A DNA stretch of 34,570 nt from Deltaproteobacteria bacterium. Its GTDB lineage: Bacteria > Desulfobacterota > Desulfobacteria > Desulfobacterales > JAUVKB01. How positions within the stretch are numbered: the stretch's first letter is position 1; the number at the start of each line of letters is the position of its first letter. The notes under the pieces are model-generated. The model saw only the letters and a program-made list of their open reading frames with translations. It had not been told where the DNA came from and ran no database searches. The stretch spans positions 1 through 34,570 of the forward strand of contig JAUVKB010000001.1 of assembly GCA_030596405.1 (NCBI GenBank), given 5' to 3'. The position numbers and the translations under genes were made by a program. This document shows, in pieces, positions 1 through 10,907 of this stretch.

Positions 1-64
1 CAAATTCGTGATCATTGCAATAATTCGATCAATATGATATTGTTTTAAACAATTAATTAACATA

Positions 65-808
65 ATGCAGAAAACAGGGTTGTCAATGAAGAACATGGAA
101 CTTACTTTTATTAAGGATATGTTTGATACCATAGCGCCAAGGTATGATCTGTTAAACCGGCTGCTAAGCTTCAGGCAGGACGTTTACTGGAGAAGGGCGA
201 TGGTATCTGAAATAAAAATTCCTGATAATGGAACGGCGCTTGACGTGGCTTGTGGAACCGGTGATGTAGCGTTTGAAATTATAAGACAAAAAAGCAGCAA
301 CGCAGCCGTTGTCGGCATCGATTTTTCCCCGCGTATGCTTTCAGTATGCAAAAACAAAGTTATAAAAGACTATACAAAGAGGGCAAAAACCACTGCAAAT
401 ATCCATCTGGTTGCAGGAGATGCTCTTTATCTTCCATTTAAGGCGGAAACATTTGACGTTATAACGATTGCCTTTGGAATACGTAATATTTGTGACAGAT
501 TGGCCGTATTAAAAATCTTTCATAACTGTTTGAAAACAAAAGGCCAGCTTCTTGTTCTTGAGCTGGCCACACCCCCGAAAGGTCTGCCGTTATTGTTCTA
601 TCTTTTTTATTCAAAAAAGATCCTTCCTTTAATCGGATGGTTTTTTTCAAGGAATATAAAGGCCTATGAGTACCTGCCGTCATCGGTGGCAAGCTTTCCG
701 GCTCCGGACGCGTTTGCCGCAACCATACGTTCGGCAGGATTTAAAAATATTAGACACAAAGCTCTTACAATAGGCGCCGCCACTTTATACGTCGGGTATA
801 AGGCATAA
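65..808 (+). CDS. ubiE: Demethylmenaquinone/ubiquinone C-methyltransferase (UbiE/MenG family, class I SAM methyltransferase)
   Basis: 744-nt ORF with ATG at 65 (alternative ATGs at 86 and 95). It carries the UbiE/COQ5 signature FIKDMFDTIAPRYDLLNRLLSFRQDVYWRR and SAM motif I LDVACGTGDV. Confidence 0.85.
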   Translation: MQKTGLSMKNMELTFIKDMFDTIAPRYDLLNRLLSFRQDVYWRRAMVSEIKIPDNGTALDVACGTGDVAFEIIRQKSSNAAVVGIDFSPRMLSVCKNKVIKDYTKRAKTTANIHLVAGDALYLPFKAETFDVITIAFGIRNICDRLAVLKIFHNCLKTKGQLLVLELATPPKGLPLLFYLFYSKKILPLIGWFFSRNIKAYEYLPSSVASFPAPDAFAATIRSAGFKNIRHKALTIGAATLYVGYKA

Positions 809-829
809 AAAAATCAGGCAATAACCGTA

Positions 830-2470
830 TCAACCCACAAGAGCCCTTCTGACAATCGTATCCTTTTGCCATTTTTTATCGTCCCTGTCAGGATATCCAA
901 TATTGTAGTGGAGCCCCCTGCTTTCCTTCCGGTGTCTTGCGCATTTGATAATCAGTTCCGCTACAACAGCTATATTGCGAAGCTCTATAAGGTCGGCGGC
1001 AACCTTGAAATCCCAGTAGTATTTTCTGATCTCGTCCTGAATGTTTTCGATACGGTGTTTTGCTCTGGCAAGCCGTCTGTTCGATCTGACGATTCCGACA
1101 TAATTCCACATGAATCGCCTGATTTCATCCCAGTTGTGTGAAACCATAATAACTTCATCGCTGTCACTTGTTCCGGTTTCATCCCAAAAAGGCGGCTCCG
1201 GACTCGAAACAGAGCTTAACGCGGCGATATCCTTTACAGCCTGTTGAGCGGCCGTATGAGCATAAACAAGCGCCTCAATCAGGGAATTGCTTGCGAGTCT
1301 GTTTGCTCCGTGGAGCCCGGTACAGGCGGTCTCTCCCAATGCATACAACCTGTGAATATCCGTTCTGCCGGACATGTCCGTTGCGACACCGCCGCACATA
1401 TAATGGGCTGCGGGAACGACAGGGACAGGTTCTTTTGTCATATCGATGCCGAACGTGAGACATTTTTCATACAGATTGGGAAAGCGTTTTTTAACAAATC
1501 CTGAATTTTTGCCAGATATATCAAGAAATACTGAATCATCTCCACTCTTTTTAAGTTCGGTGTCAATGGCGCGGGCAACAACATCCCGGCACGCCAAATC
1601 TTTTAAGGGATCATATTTTTCCATAAAAGCATTGCCGGAGGCATCAATAAGTACCGCCCCTTCACCCCTGACGGCTTCGGAAATCAGAAAATTTTTTGCG
1701 TCCGGATGAAACAGGCAGGTCGGATGAAACTGGACAAATTCAAGGTTGGCTAAAGTGGCGCCTGCTCTGTATCCCATAGCAATCCCGTCGCCTGTTGCTA
1801 TGTCGGGGTTGCTGGTATAAAGATAAACTTTGCCCGCGCCTCCTGTCGCGAGAAGCGTTATTTGAGCGCAAAAAGTTTTTACATGGTTTGTTTTTCTGTC
1901 AAGAATATATGCGCCACAGCAATAATCGTCATGGCTGGTCGTGACAAGCCCTCTTTTTATACGGGTTGAGCATGTAATAAGGTCTATTGCTATATGATTT
2001 TCAAATATTTCAATATTTTCATGTTCTTTAACGTGCCTTGCCAGAACACTTTCGAGCTCTTTTCCCGTCATGTCAAGGGCATGAACTATCCGTTTTTGTG
2101 AGTGCCCGCCTTCATGTCCAAGGTCGAAATCCGACGAGCCGGGTTTTGAACTGCTTCCCTCTTTAAGGTTAAAATGAACACCAAGATCAATTAATTCACG
2201 GATCCTGTCGGGCCCGTTTCTAACAACCATATCCACAACTTCAGGGTTGCAAAGACCATCGCCGGAAGCAAGAGTATCCCGGATATGAAGATCAAATGAA
2301 TCTACTTCGCTAAAAACAGAAGCGATACCACCTTGCGCAAGGGTTGTATTGGCATCCATAATCTCTTTCTTGGTTACTAAAGCAACACTGCCGAATTTTG
2401 CCACCTTAAGAGCAAAAGTCAGGCCTGCAACGCCGCTGCCTATTATAAGAAAATCTGTTTTAACTTTCAC
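830..2470 (-). CDS. nadB: L-aspartate oxidase
   Basis: GTG start at 2470 lies directly before the FAD fold DFLIIGSGVAGLTFAL. Flavoprotein core motifs are LAQGGIASV, RGEGAVL and GLHGANRLASNSL. The ~545-aa length fits NadB rather than SdhA/FrdA. Confidence 0.93.
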   Translation of the reverse strand: MKVKTDFLIIGSGVAGLTFALKVAKFGSVALVTKKEIMDANTTLAQGGIASVFSEVDSFDLHIRDTLASGDGLCNPEVVDMVVRNGPDRIRELIDLGVHFNLKEGSSSKPGSSDFDLGHEGGHSQKRIVHALDMTGKELESVLARHVKEHENIEIFENHIAIDLITCSTRIKRGLVTTSHDDYCCGAYILDRKTNHVKTFCAQITLLATGGAGKVYLYTSNPDIATGDGIAMGYRAGATLANLEFVQFHPTCLFHPDAKNFLISEAVRGEGAVLIDASGNAFMEKYDPLKDLACRDVVARAIDTELKKSGDDSVFLDISGKNSGFVKKRFPNLYEKCLTFGIDMTKEPVPVVPAAHYMCGGVATDMSGRTDIHRLYALGETACTGLHGANRLASNSLIEALVYAHTAAQQAVKDIAALSSVSSPEPPFWDETGTSDSDEVIMVSHNWDEIRRFMWNYVGIVRSNRRLARAKHRIENIQDEIRKYYWDFKVAADLIELRNIAVVAELIIKCARHRKESRGLHYNIGYPDRDDKKWQKDTIVRRALVG

Positions 2471-2516
2471 GCTTACTCTCTTTTTTAAAAAATTTAGTAA
2501 AACCGGAAAAAAATAT

Positions 2517-3167
2517 TTACAGCAAAGACGAGCGTTTGCGCTGCCGTCTAGTGCCGAAACCGATTATAAACCCCACCAGCAGCACGCTTGCGCCGACAAT
2601 AACCCACTTGATATTTTGATTCTTCTGAAGCTCTACCAGCATCTCTTCCATTGTTTTTGATTTCTTTATCTGTTCGGCAAACCGGGAACTTAAATCGCTA
2701 TGGTTTGCTTTCAGCTCTAAAAATTCAGCCGAATCTTTTTTTAGATCATCATAGGAGTTGCTGATTTCATCAAGTTTTTTTTCATTATCATCAAGTTTTG
2801 ACTTAAGGTCTTTGTTTTCTTCTTTAAGCTTCGTGTTTTTTTCGAGAAGGGACTTTACCTTGCTCATAAGTAATTTGTGCTTATTTTTCAAATCTTCCAG
2901 CTCAAGAAAGGCTGGTTTTTTACCCGTTAGAAAACGGCTAAGAACCCACCCCTGTTTTCCATTCGGAAGTTGCACATATGTCCACTGATCGCCTTTGTCA
3001 AGAATTTCAACCTGTTGCCCTGACCCAATCATATCTAATATTTTATGATCAATCCCCTGCCCGCTCCTGAGAGTTATACGGACAACATCACCGACATATG
3101 CTGTTTCAGCCCTGGTTTCCGTCACAAACAAGCACAGGCAAACACATATAAGAACAAACCATTTCAT
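2517..3167 (-). CDS. SH3 domain membrane protein (TIGR04211/YgiM-like: signal peptide, SH3b, coiled coil, C-terminal TM anchor)
   Basis: ATG at 3167 is preceded by AGGGGG; the track ORF begins at the upstream TTG 3173. The protein has a signal peptide, an SH3-like segment GDQWTYVQLPNGKQGWVLSRFL, a long coiled coil (KLKEENKDLKSKLDDNEKKLDE), and a terminal TM helix followed by RRQRKR. Confidence 0.75.
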   Translation of the reverse strand: MKWFVLICVCLCLFVTETRAETAYVGDVVRITLRSGQGIDHKILDMIGSGQQVEILDKGDQWTYVQLPNGKQGWVLSRFLTGKKPAFLELEDLKNKHKLLMSKVKSLLEKNTKLKEENKDLKSKLDDNEKKLDEISNSYDDLKKDSAEFLELKANHSDLSSRFAEQIKKSKTMEEMLVELQKNQNIKWVIVGASVLLVGFIIGFGTRRQRKRSSLL

Positions 3168-3185
3168 AGACAATACCCCCTATAT

Positions 3186-3223
3186 TATATATGTGGATAG
3201 TCTTTAACCTGTCCACATATATA
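3186..3223. promoter_or_regulatory. Perfect 12-bp inverted repeat TATATATGTGGA-N14-TCCACATATATA in a divergent promoter region
   Basis: The arms at 3186-3197 and 3212-3223 are exact reverse complements. The repeat sits 5 nt upstream of the SD of the SH3 gene (minus strand) and about 85 nt upstream of the DUF1178 start. Confidence 0.45.
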
Positions 3224-3308
3224 GTTACTAAAATTAGTTTGTGTTGAAAAACTTAAAACCGTCAACAATTTCTTTTAAAATGTTTTTGTTTATGATATTT
3301 ATCTTATT

Positions 3309-3752
3309 ATGATAGCGATTGACTTGCAATGCAAAAATGGACACACGTTTGAAGGCTGGTTTAAAGACGGAAAGGCATATGAAAGCCAAAAAAAGGAGGG
3401 ACTAATCTCGTGCCCTGTATGCAGCGTTACTTCTATCGAAAGAATCCCATCCACTTTTGCCGTTAAATCATCTCAGACCCTAAAAAATCATATCTCGAAA
3501 AATCTATCCGATATAAACGCCGAGCTTGCAGAGATCGGCAGGGACGTATTAAATTTTGTGGAAAAAAACTTTGACAATGTCGGATGCAATTTTGCCGATG
3601 AAGCTTTAAAAATCCATTACGGCGTTTCTGAGCCGAGAAACATAATGGGTGTAAGCACGGAAAAAGAAGAAAAAACTTTGGAAAAAGAAGGGATAAAATT
3701 TTTTAAAGTTCCCGTGCCGATATCGCCTGACACAGATGACACAGACACATAA
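3309..3752 (+). CDS. DUF1178 family zinc-ribbon protein
   Basis: The N-terminus MIAIDLQCKNGHTFEGWFKD...ISCPVCS is the characteristic DUF1178 opening. The protein is 147 aa. Confidence 0.7.
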   Translation: MIAIDLQCKNGHTFEGWFKDGKAYESQKKEGLISCPVCSVTSIERIPSTFAVKSSQTLKNHISKNLSDINAELAEIGRDVLNFVEKNFDNVGCNFADEALKIHYGVSEPRNIMGVSTEKEEKTLEKEGIKFFKVPVPISPDTDDTDT

Positions 3753-3755
3753 TCC

Positions 3756-4352
3756 TTAGTCTTGCAATGGTATGGGGATACGTTTTCCATCATTGGAAAT
3801 TATCCAGTCAGCCGCTCGACAAAGGTCCTGGGCTATGTGGTCGGGGAAAATCTTTTTTTTTGCCAAAATTTTTTCAGCCTCCAGTGCGTTGCCGCTCTTG
3901 ACCAGAACAGCACACCCGCAACCGGCGCGGCGCGCGCATTCAATATCTTTTGCACTGTCGCCCACCATACAGGAGGCTGCAAGATTTATCCCGTATTTTT
4001 TTTGTGCCTTGTATATCAGGCCGGGTTTCGGTTTCCTGCAATCACATCTGTCATCAGGGGTATGAGGACAAAAAAATATATCTTTTATTTCACCGCCGCA
4101 AGATTCAATGCTTGTCTTCATCCTGTCATTGATATATTCGACGTGACGCCGTGACGCCATCTGCCGATTGATAATCGATTGATTGCTAATAATAATTACG
4201 GCAAATCCGTTTAACGTCAATTTTTTTATCGCTTCCAATCTGCCGGGAAGAAAATGAAATTCGGCCCAGCTCTTTATGTAATCAGGAGAATCCTTGTTAA
4301 TAACTCCGTCACGGTCCAAAAAAACAACTTTTTGCGGCAGGTTCTCATTCAT
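3756..4352 (-). CDS. gmhB: D-glycero-beta-D-manno-heptose 1,7-bisphosphate 7-phosphatase (HAD-IIIA)
   Basis: HAD motifs are FLDRDGVIN, IISNQS and GDSAKD. The GmhB zinc-binding insert CPHTPDDRCDCRKPKPG is also present. Confidence 0.85.
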   Translation of the reverse strand: MNENLPQKVVFLDRDGVINKDSPDYIKSWAEFHFLPGRLEAIKKLTLNGFAVIIISNQSIINRQMASRRHVEYINDRMKTSIESCGGEIKDIFFCPHTPDDRCDCRKPKPGLIYKAQKKYGINLAASCMVGDSAKDIECARRAGCGCAVLVKSGNALEAEKILAKKKIFPDHIAQDLCRAADWIISNDGKRIPIPLQD

Positions 4353-4355
4353 CGG

Positions 4356-5126
4356 CTATTCCGCAACAGCAAAAGCATCCGCAAATCCGTTTTGAATCAA
4401 ATTTTTCTCATATTCGGCAATCTGTGTTAAATCCGAAGTCCTGGCCACACGCACACGGAAAAAAATTTCATCACCGCTGTAATAGGTAGTAATATGGGCA
4501 TCCCTGTATATCCGGCCGAGCTTTTGTTTCAATTTTTTGGCGTTTTTCAATTCCCTAAACGCGCCGACCTGAACGGTAAAATTTCCCGTATAATAATAAT
4601 TTGCCGGGATATCGGCGCTGTTATTGACAATATTTGTATTCACAGACCCGGCTGCGCCCAGAGCGACGATCTTAACCGGAGCAGTGCCGGGCCCGACAAT
4701 TCCGATCTTCTTTGCCGCTGTATATGAAAGATCTATTATCCTGCCGCGGACAAACGGCCCCCTGTCATTAATCCTGACTTCAACCTCCCTGTTGTTATCA
4801 AGATTTTGTACCCGCACAACAGTGCCTAAAGGCAAGGTTTTATGGGCGGCCGTCATCGCATACATATCGTAGATTTCACCGTTTGACGTTTTTCTGCCAT
4901 GAAATTTTTTGCCATACCAGGACGCTTTTCCATGCTGGCTGAAATCTTTTGCGCAAGGCAACGGCTGGTACCAGTTTTTTCCGATTTTGTAAGGCTTGGG
5001 ATATACGGCGGGACACGGGGCAGGTTTTACCCTTGAACATCCATTCCCCAAAAATACCGACAGACTAAAAGCAGCTATTATTTGACAAACAAGAAAAACC
5101 AGCCTTTTTTTGGGAATTTGGGCCAT
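4356..5126 (-). CDS. rlpA: Septal-ring lytic transglycosylase RlpA family lipoprotein with C-terminal SPOR domain
   Basis: Signal peptide with a lipobox-like FLGNGCS. The DPBB core is GKASWYGKKFHGRKTSNGEIYD...TAAHKTLPLGT...RINDRGPF. The C-terminal SPOR-like segment is FTVQVGAFRELKNAKKL. Confidence 0.85.
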   Translation of the reverse strand: MAQIPKKRLVFLVCQIIAAFSLSVFLGNGCSRVKPAPCPAVYPKPYKIGKNWYQPLPCAKDFSQHGKASWYGKKFHGRKTSNGEIYDMYAMTAAHKTLPLGTVVRVQNLDNNREVEVRINDRGPFVRGRIIDLSYTAAKKIGIVGPGTAPVKIVALGAAGSVNTNIVNNSADIPANYYYTGNFTVQVGAFRELKNAKKLKQKLGRIYRDAHITTYYSGDEIFFRVRVARTSDLTQIAEYEKNLIQNGFADAFAVAE

Positions 5127-5130
5127 AAAA

Positions 5131-7479
5131 TTATTTTCCGAGCGCTATTTCCAGGACTTCTACCATCTTGTCCACAAAGTGAAACTCGATTTTTTCCCGG
5201 ACTTTTGCCGGTATATCCTCCAGATCTTTCTCATTCCACTTCGGCAGAATAAGTGTTTTAATGCCTGCGCGATGGGCCGCAAGGACCTTTTCTTTTATTC
5301 CGCCGACAGGAAGCACCATCCCTCTTAAAGTTATCTCACCGGTCATTGCAAGATTTTTACGGATAGTTTTTTTGGTCAGAAGCGATACCAGGGCGGTAAG
5401 GATTGTAACACCGGCAGAGGGCCCGTCTTTTGGTATGGCGCCTGCCGGAACATGGATGTGTATATCTGTATCTTCAAAAAAATCTTCCCGGATGCCGAGA
5501 GAAGACGCATTTGCCCGGATGAAACTCAAAGCAGCAGTGGCGGATTCTTTCATGACATCACCAAGCTGGCCGGTTAAGGTCAGGCCCTTTTTCCCTTTCA
5601 TTGCAGTGGCTTCAATAAAAAGAAGCTCTCCTCCAAACTGCGTCCATGCAAGCCCCATAGCCACACCAGGGGTCGAAACTCTGGCGCTTTGCTCGGAAGC
5701 AAATCGAACAGGCCCAAGATATCTGGAAACATCATCGACCTTGATTGCGGCGGATTTAATAATTTCTTCTGCTATCTTGCTTGCAACACCACGACAGATG
5801 TTTGCAATTTCCCTTTCCAGATTTCTTAGCCCGGCTTCTCTGGTATAGCCGGAAATAATCCGCCTTGTCGCTCCTTTAGTAAACGATAACTGCGACCTTT
5901 TAAGGCCGTGAGCGTCAAGCTGGCGGGGGATGAGATACCGGTTTGCGATATCTATCTTTTCGTCTTCAGTATATCCTAAAAGCTGCAGCACTTCCATCCT
6001 GTCTTTTAATGCAGGCGGTATGGGATCCAGCAGGTTTGCCGTTGTTATGAAAATGACTTTAGAAAGGTCAAAAGGAACATCCAGATAGTTGTCTGAAAAA
6101 GAAAAATTTTGTTCCGGGTCAAGAACTTCAAGCAGGGCGGCTGATGGATCACCACGAAAATCGCTGCCCACCTTATCTATTTCATCCAGCATAAAAACAG
6201 GGTTGTTTGATTCAGCGCGCCGGATTCCCTGAATAATCCGTCCCGGAAGCGCTCCGATATAAGTGCGCCGATGTCCCCGGATTTCAGCCTCATCCCTTAC
6301 CCCGCCCAATGAAATACGCACGAACTTGCGCCCTAAAGAACGTGCGATGGAACGGCCCAAAGATGTTTTACCTGTCCCCGGAGGGCCTGCAAAACAGAGT
6401 ATCGGTCCCTTTGATTCGGGTTTAAGTTTGCGCACCGCGATATATTCAATGACACGTTTTTTTACTTTCTCAAGCCCAAAATGGTCTTCATCCAATACCT
6501 TTCTTACCTTTTTTATATCAAGATTATCCTTTGTGCTTTCATTCCAGGGAAGTGTCGTAAGCCAGTCGAGATAAGTTGATGCCACCGTATATTCTGCTGA
6601 AGACGGGTGCATGCGGGAAAGGCGGTTAACCTCACGTTCAGCCTCTTTAAGAGCTGTTTCGGGAAGATTTTTTTCCTTGATTTTTATTTTGTATTCTTCA
6701 ATTTCAACGGTTGTTTCATCTTTTTCACCCAGTTCTTCCCTGATTGCTTTTAGCTGCTCGCGAAGATAATATTCCCTTTGCCTTTTATCCATGTCACCCT
6801 TAACCTGGGATTGTATCTTGTTTCCCAGCTCTAGAATCTCCAGCTGATAATTAACCATTCGGGTGATCTCTTTTAATCTTTTCCTGACATCGACAAGTTC
6901 TAAAACTTTTTGCTTTTCCTCGACCGTGGAATTGATGGTGGCGGCAACCATATCGGCCAGTATGCCCGGATCTTGTATCGATTTTGCTATAGCCCCCATT
7001 TCCGGCGGCATGCCCGGAGAAAGCCCGACAATCCTTGCGAACAGATTGATCAGATTGGACATAAGCGCCTCGGTTTCCTTGCCTTTTGTTCCTATCTCCT
7101 TAATATGCTCAACACTGGCCTGCAGGTAAGGTTTTCCCTTTATAAACTCTTTTACCCTGAATCTGCCGATACCCTGGACCAGCAATTGCGCCTTGTTGTC
7201 TTCCATCTTTGCCATTTTAAAAATAAAGGCGCTGGTGCCGACTTTATGCAGATCATCATCCGGATGATCGCTTTCTTTGGCCGGCTTATCAGAAAGCATA
7301 ACACCTATGATACGATTTTTGGACATGGCCTCGTCGACCAGTTGAATAGATTCATTCTGTATTACGACAAGGGGTAATACCATTTTCGGAAAAAGAACCG
7401 CATCAAACAAGGGCAAAACAGGAAGAACCTTTGGGATCTGTCTGGTGTCAAAATCGATTGACAGCTTCTGTTCCGTCAT
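5131..7479 (-). CDS. lon: ATP-dependent Lon protease
   Basis: ATG at 7479 has GGAGG 5 nt upstream; the track ORF starts at TTG 7491. The protein has a LON N-domain, Walker [10 protein letters not shown], Walker B FMLDEIDK and the protease serine context [10 protein letters not shown]. Confidence 0.97.
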   Translation of the reverse strand: MTEQKLSIDFDTRQIPKVLPVLPLFDAVLFPKMVLPLVVIQNESIQLVDEAMSKNRIIGVMLSDKPAKESDHPDDDLHKVGTSAFIFKMAKMEDNKAQLLVQGIGRFRVKEFIKGKPYLQASVEHIKEIGTKGKETEALMSNLINLFARIVGLSPGMPPEMGAIAKSIQDPGILADMVAATINSTVEEKQKVLELVDVRKRLKEITRMVNYQLEILELGNKIQSQVKGDMDKRQREYYLREQLKAIREELGEKDETTVEIEEYKIKIKEKNLPETALKEAEREVNRLSRMHPSSAEYTVASTYLDWLTTLPWNESTKDNLDIKKVRKVLDEDHFGLEKVKKRVIEYIAVRKLKPESKGPILCFAGPPGTGKTSLGRSIARSLGRKFVRISLGGVRDEAEIRGHRRTYIGALPGRIIQGIRRAESNNPVFMLDEIDKVGSDFRGDPSAALLEVLDPEQNFSFSDNYLDVPFDLSKVIFITTANLLDPIPPALKDRMEVLQLLGYTEDEKIDIANRYLIPRQLDAHGLKRSQLSFTKGATRRIISGYTREAGLRNLEREIANICRGVASKIAEEIIKSAAIKVDDVSRYLGPVRFASEQSARVSTPGVAMGLAWTQFGGELLFIEATAMKGKKGLTLTGQLGDVMKESATAALSFIRANASSLGIREDFFEDTDIHIHVPAGAIPKDGPSAGVTILTALVSLLTKKTIRKNLAMTGEITLRGMVLPVGGIKEKVLAAHRAGIKTLILPKWNEKDLEDIPAKVREKIEFHFVDKMVEVLEIALGK

Positions 7480-7511
7480 TGTCGCCTCCAAAATTATAGC
7501 CTTTAAAAAGG

Positions 7512-7961
7512 CTATCCGTCTGAAATGGGTATTTTGTAAACTTTATTAACCGGCAGTTTGACAAATCTGATATGGAGAAGGCCGTTTGAATATATTGCGG
7601 TTACCTTTTCAGTATCAATGGGCGCCGGAAGTAATAAAAAACGCTCGAATTTGCCATACTGAATCTCAGCGAGTCTGTATGTACCGTTAATGTTGTGCGG
7701 CATCATCTCAACCCGTTTGCCGTAAATTTTGACTGCCTTTCTGTTGATTTCTACTCCAAGATCCTCTTTTTTGACCCCTGACATTTCAGCCACAACAATT
7801 ATTTCTTCAGAAGTTTCATAAATATCCATATACGGTTTCCATGTGCCTTCTGAAAGCGTGAATCTCGGGTTTATCGAACGGAACATATCCTCAATGGTTT
7901 TCCCGAAAGTGGCGCCCGGCTGAGCAAAATCGTTCCCGAATTTTATTTTGATATAGTCCAT
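7512..7961 (-). CDS. Hsp20/alpha-crystallin family small heat-shock protein
   Basis: Alpha-crystallin domain: [30 protein letters not shown] ... [11 protein letters not shown] at 7961 has GGAG 6 nt upstream, whereas the upstream ATGs at 7991 and 7976 lack an SD. The gene lies 20 nt upstream of lon on the same strand. Confidence 0.85.
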   Translation of the reverse strand: MDYIKIKFGNDFAQPGATFGKTIEDMFRSINPRFTLSEGTWKPYMDIYETSEEIIVVAEMSGVKKEDLGVEINRKAVKIYGKRVEMMPHNINGTYRLAEIQYGKFERFLLLPAPIDTEKVTAIYSNGLLHIRFVKLPVNKVYKIPISDG

Positions 7962-8140
7962 ATCAGGCTCCTGCATGTTAATGCTGAACATTGCTATTTT
8001 TTTACATTAAAACCTAACATCATAAAAACCGTTTGTAAAGAATATCTCCCACATATCCCAAATAAGCGCCTTGAATTAGAAATTGCTGTTTACCGACAAA
8101 TAACGTATTAGAAACTGATTCAAAACAAAAATAAACAAAA

Positions 8141-9331
8141 ATGGATAATGATAACAAAAGCTTTTTTAAATGGGTAGTCGGCTCGCAATATTTTTTGTAT
8201 TTTGGCGTTATGGGCATTTTTTTGCCCTATTTTAATTTATACTGTTATCATCTTGGTTTTAGCGGCATTAAAATAGGCGTATTGTCTGCGTTAAGATCAG
8301 TGACAATGATCTTGTTCCCGCTGATATGGGGAGCCATAGCAGACAGATTTCAGATAAGAAAGCCGATATATATTTTGTGCAACATCATAAGCGCCGGGAT
8401 CTGGATTTTTTTCCTGTACACCGGCAACTTTTTGGCTATGTTTATTATTACTTTTTTTCACGGAATGTTTTATGCGCCGATTATATCGTTTCTGGAAGCC
8501 TTTACTATTGATGTATTGGGCAGGGAGAAAAAAAGTTATGGAAAAATAAGAGCCTGGGGCTCCATAAATTTTATTCTGATCGTTATAATAACAGGTAAAA
8601 TGGTAGATCTTTATCCCATTGAGATAATACTGCCGCTAATCCTTGCAGGAGCCGTTCTGCAAGCCGTCATTTCCATTAAAATTCCGGACATAAAGACCTG
8701 CGTAAAAGGCTCTTTAAGCCCGCGATCGGGACCAGGCCATATTTTTAATATACGCGTTATGGTCTTTCTCTTTTGCGCATTTCTGATGCTGGTAAGCCAC
8801 GGCACCTATTACGGTTTTTTTTCGATACATTTAAAAAATCTGGGTTACGGAAATACATTTATCGGAATGGCGTGGGCGCTGGCATCAACTGCCGAAATCA
8901 TAGCAATGATAAAATCGGATAAAATATTCAGGCGCTTTTCCATGGAAAACATCCTGGTCTTTTCGTTTATGGTGGCTGCATTAAGATGGTTCACCCTTTT
9001 TGTTGCCGATTCTCCGGTAGTAATCCTGATTTCACAGATTTCTCATGCATTAACATACGGGACATTTCATATGGCCAGTATTTTATATATAGATTCTCTT
9101 GTTCCGGATAAGGATAAGACTTTTGGGCAAGCCGTAAACAATGCCGTAACCTACGGGCTTGGCATGATGGTCGGATTCCTGGTCAGCGGCTGCCTGTACA
9201 AAAGCCTGGGTCTATTTTCATTATTTCTTATAAGTGGTATTATTGCTCTTATCGGAGGCATATTGTTTAAAAGTTTCCAGATTATTGATTCCAGACGGAC
9301 AGCAAAGAGCAAACAGAAAGTAACCGGTTGA
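8141..9331 (+). CDS. MFS transporter (MFS_1_like / PPP-type)
   Basis: 396 aa with about 12 hydrophobic helices. It shows [18 protein letters not shown] and the loop 2-3 motif [11 protein letters not shown]. The substrate cannot be predicted. Confidence 0.8.
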   Translation: MDNDNKSFFKWVVGSQYFLYFGVMGIFLPYFNLYCYHLGFSGIKIGVLSALRSVTMILFPLIWGAIADRFQIRKPIYILCNIISAGIWIFFLYTGNFLAMFIITFFHGMFYAPIISFLEAFTIDVLGREKKSYGKIRAWGSINFILIVIITGKMVDLYPIEIILPLILAGAVLQAVISIKIPDIKTCVKGSLSPRSGPGHIFNIRVMVFLFCAFLMLVSHGTYYGFFSIHLKNLGYGNTFIGMAWALASTAEIIAMIKSDKIFRRFSMENILVFSFMVAALRWFTLFVADSPVVILISQISHALTYGTFHMASILYIDSLVPDKDKTFGQAVNNAVTYGLGMMVGFLVSGCLYKSLGLFSLFLISGIIALIGGILFKSFQIIDSRRTAKSKQKVTG

Positions 9332-9368
9332 TATTTCACACTACCAGCAATTTATTGAGGAAATTTTT

Positions 9369-9944
9369 ATGGAGTTTAAATATTGTCCGTTTTGCGGGCA
9401 TTTATTGAAGATATTGACAAATGACGGCAAAAAACGACTTTATTGTGATAAATGCAAACAGACTCATTACCGGAATCCAACAATAGGCGTGGCAGTCCTG
9501 TTGATTAAATCGGTTCAATCAGAGGCCAAACCGGCGGCGGCCAAACAAGACGAATTGCTTCTGATTAAACGCCTGGGTTCTTACGAGGGAACGTGGTGCA
9601 TCCCCTGCGGGCACGTTGAATGGGGAGAAGATCTTCGATTGGCGGCACAACGTGAGTTCAAAGAAGAAACCGGCTTAAAAGTCACTGTTGGGCCTGTGTT
9701 TGCAGTACATTCCAACTTTCATGATTTGAAAAAACAGACGGTAGGAATATGGTTTTGGGGGACATGCACCGGCGGACAACTTCAGGCAGGTTCCGATGCA
9801 AGCGAAGTTTCCTTTTTCCCGTTAGACGAGCTGCCTGGACAGATGGCCTTTCCGACGGATCTTCTGGTATGCAACAAACTGAAGCATTGCTTAAAATCAG
9901 GCGACCTGACTGTCTGGCTGAATTTGTGCCCGACAAAGGATTAA
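9369..9944 (+). CDS. NUDIX hydrolase with N-terminal zinc ribbon
   Basis: CPFCGH...CDKCK forms a zinc ribbon. The Nudix box is [23 protein letters not shown]. Confidence 0.85.
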   Translation: MEFKYCPFCGHLLKILTNDGKKRLYCDKCKQTHYRNPTIGVAVLLIKSVQSEAKPAAAKQDELLLIKRLGSYEGTWCIPCGHVEWGEDLRLAAQREFKEETGLKVTVGPVFAVHSNFHDLKKQTVGIWFWGTCTGGQLQAGSDASEVSFFPLDELPGQMAFPTDLLVCNKLKHCLKSGDLTVWLNLCPTKD

Positions 9945-10014
9945 ACGGTTTCAAAAACTTTTTGACCCGAACTTTTTAACCGGGGATTCAGGCTGGATTA
10001 ACAGGACGGCGTGT

Positions 10015-10053
10015 TTTTTCTCGTTCCCGGGCAAAGCCCGGGAACTAGAAAAA
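10015..10053. terminator. Long palindromic hairpin between convergent genes (possible bidirectional terminator or REP-like element)
   Basis: TTTTTCTCGTTCCCGGGC-AAA-GCCCGGGAACTAGAAAAA forms an 18-position stem with one C/T mismatch. The GC core GTTCCCGGGC/GCCCGGGAAC is perfect. The T and A tracts are part of the stem rather than trailing it, so this is not a textbook intrinsic terminator. Confidence 0.4.
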
Positions 10054-10102
10054 GGAGGGGACTTTTATTTTTGGCTGATAACACTTTCCCATCTACTTTA
10101 TT

Positions 10103-10888
10103 CTACTTCATGTCTTGAAAATTGATCCAGATGACGGCTCCAAGCTCTATATCCTTGTCTTCGCCTTTATATTTCATTTTGGTTTCAGACGGATTTAATG
10201 CGGCAAAACCCCACCAGCCTGCCTTTGGCACGGCATAGGTAAAAAGGCCGTTTATGTCCGCCTTGACGGTTTGGGTGACCATATAATCTGTCGGGGCCGT
10301 GAGTTTGCCGTCCCTGTTATAATACTCTACTTCAACTTCGGCATAGGGCACGGGTTTGCCGTTCATTTTAACGATTCCCTGGAAAACATTGCCTGTATAA
10401 AGGGCATAAGGCTTGGACAGCGGCACGATCTCTGTTTTCAGCCCTATCTCCTCATCCCATCCTTCGTCATCTCCACAGGCTGTTACAACGGTTTTCGTGT
10501 AATGAACAATAAAGCAGTCCTCTGCCGGTTCCCAGTAAGGTTCAGGCTCCATGTAAAACATGTAAACACCGGGACGCTTGATAGCATAGTCTGTTTCCCA
10601 TGCCGTATGTCCCATAACCTTTGTTTTTTTCAGGCTGCTGAGCAGGTCTTTTTTGTCGCCGTTGGCCATTACCGCAAAAACACTGGGCTTGACAAGTTCC
10701 ATTCCATTCCCTTCAAAAGGATGAGCAAATGCCAGTGTTACTGTTATGGTTTTATTTTCTTCCTGCATAACCATCGAATCTGAAGGGATTACCATCCCGA
10801 AATGTGCAGAAGCGTGAGCTGTTACAAAAAGAAGCAAAGCAGACAATAAAACAAAAACAAGACCTTTTTTTACCAGATATCTTTCCAT
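10103..10888 (-). CDS. DUF4198 domain periplasmic protein (NikM/CbiK-like, putative Ni/Co uptake component)
   Basis: Signal peptide ending in HASA, followed by HFGMVIPS and a beta-rich 230-aa body. The family assignment is from recollection of the motif and is moderate. Confidence 0.7.
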   Translation of the reverse strand: MERYLVKKGLVFVLLSALLLFVTAHASAHFGMVIPSDSMVMQEENKTITVTLAFAHPFEGNGMELVKPSVFAVMANGDKKDLLSSLKKTKVMGHTAWETDYAIKRPGVYMFYMEPEPYWEPAEDCFIVHYTKTVVTACGDDEGWDEEIGLKTEIVPLSKPYALYTGNVFQGIVKMNGKPVPYAEVEVEYYNRDGKLTAPTDYMVTQTVKADINGLFTYAVPKAGWWGFAALNPSETKMKYKGEDKDIELGAVIWINFQDMK

Positions 10889-10907
10889 AAGTTACCTCCG
10901 TGTGCGC

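Noticed and set aside
5261-7377. Antisense ORFs inside lon (5261-5848, 6263-6574, 6863-7129, 6910-7377)
   Set aside because: They lie opposite an unambiguous Lon reading frame. Their Ser/Pro/Arg-rich translations are typical of antisense frames.
7992-8140. Sigma-32-type promoter upstream of hsp20-lon and groES (TTGAAT/TTGAAA followed about 14 nt later by T-rich hexamers)
   Set aside because: The -10 regions lack the CCCCAT/CCTAT core. The match does not rise above the AT-rich background.
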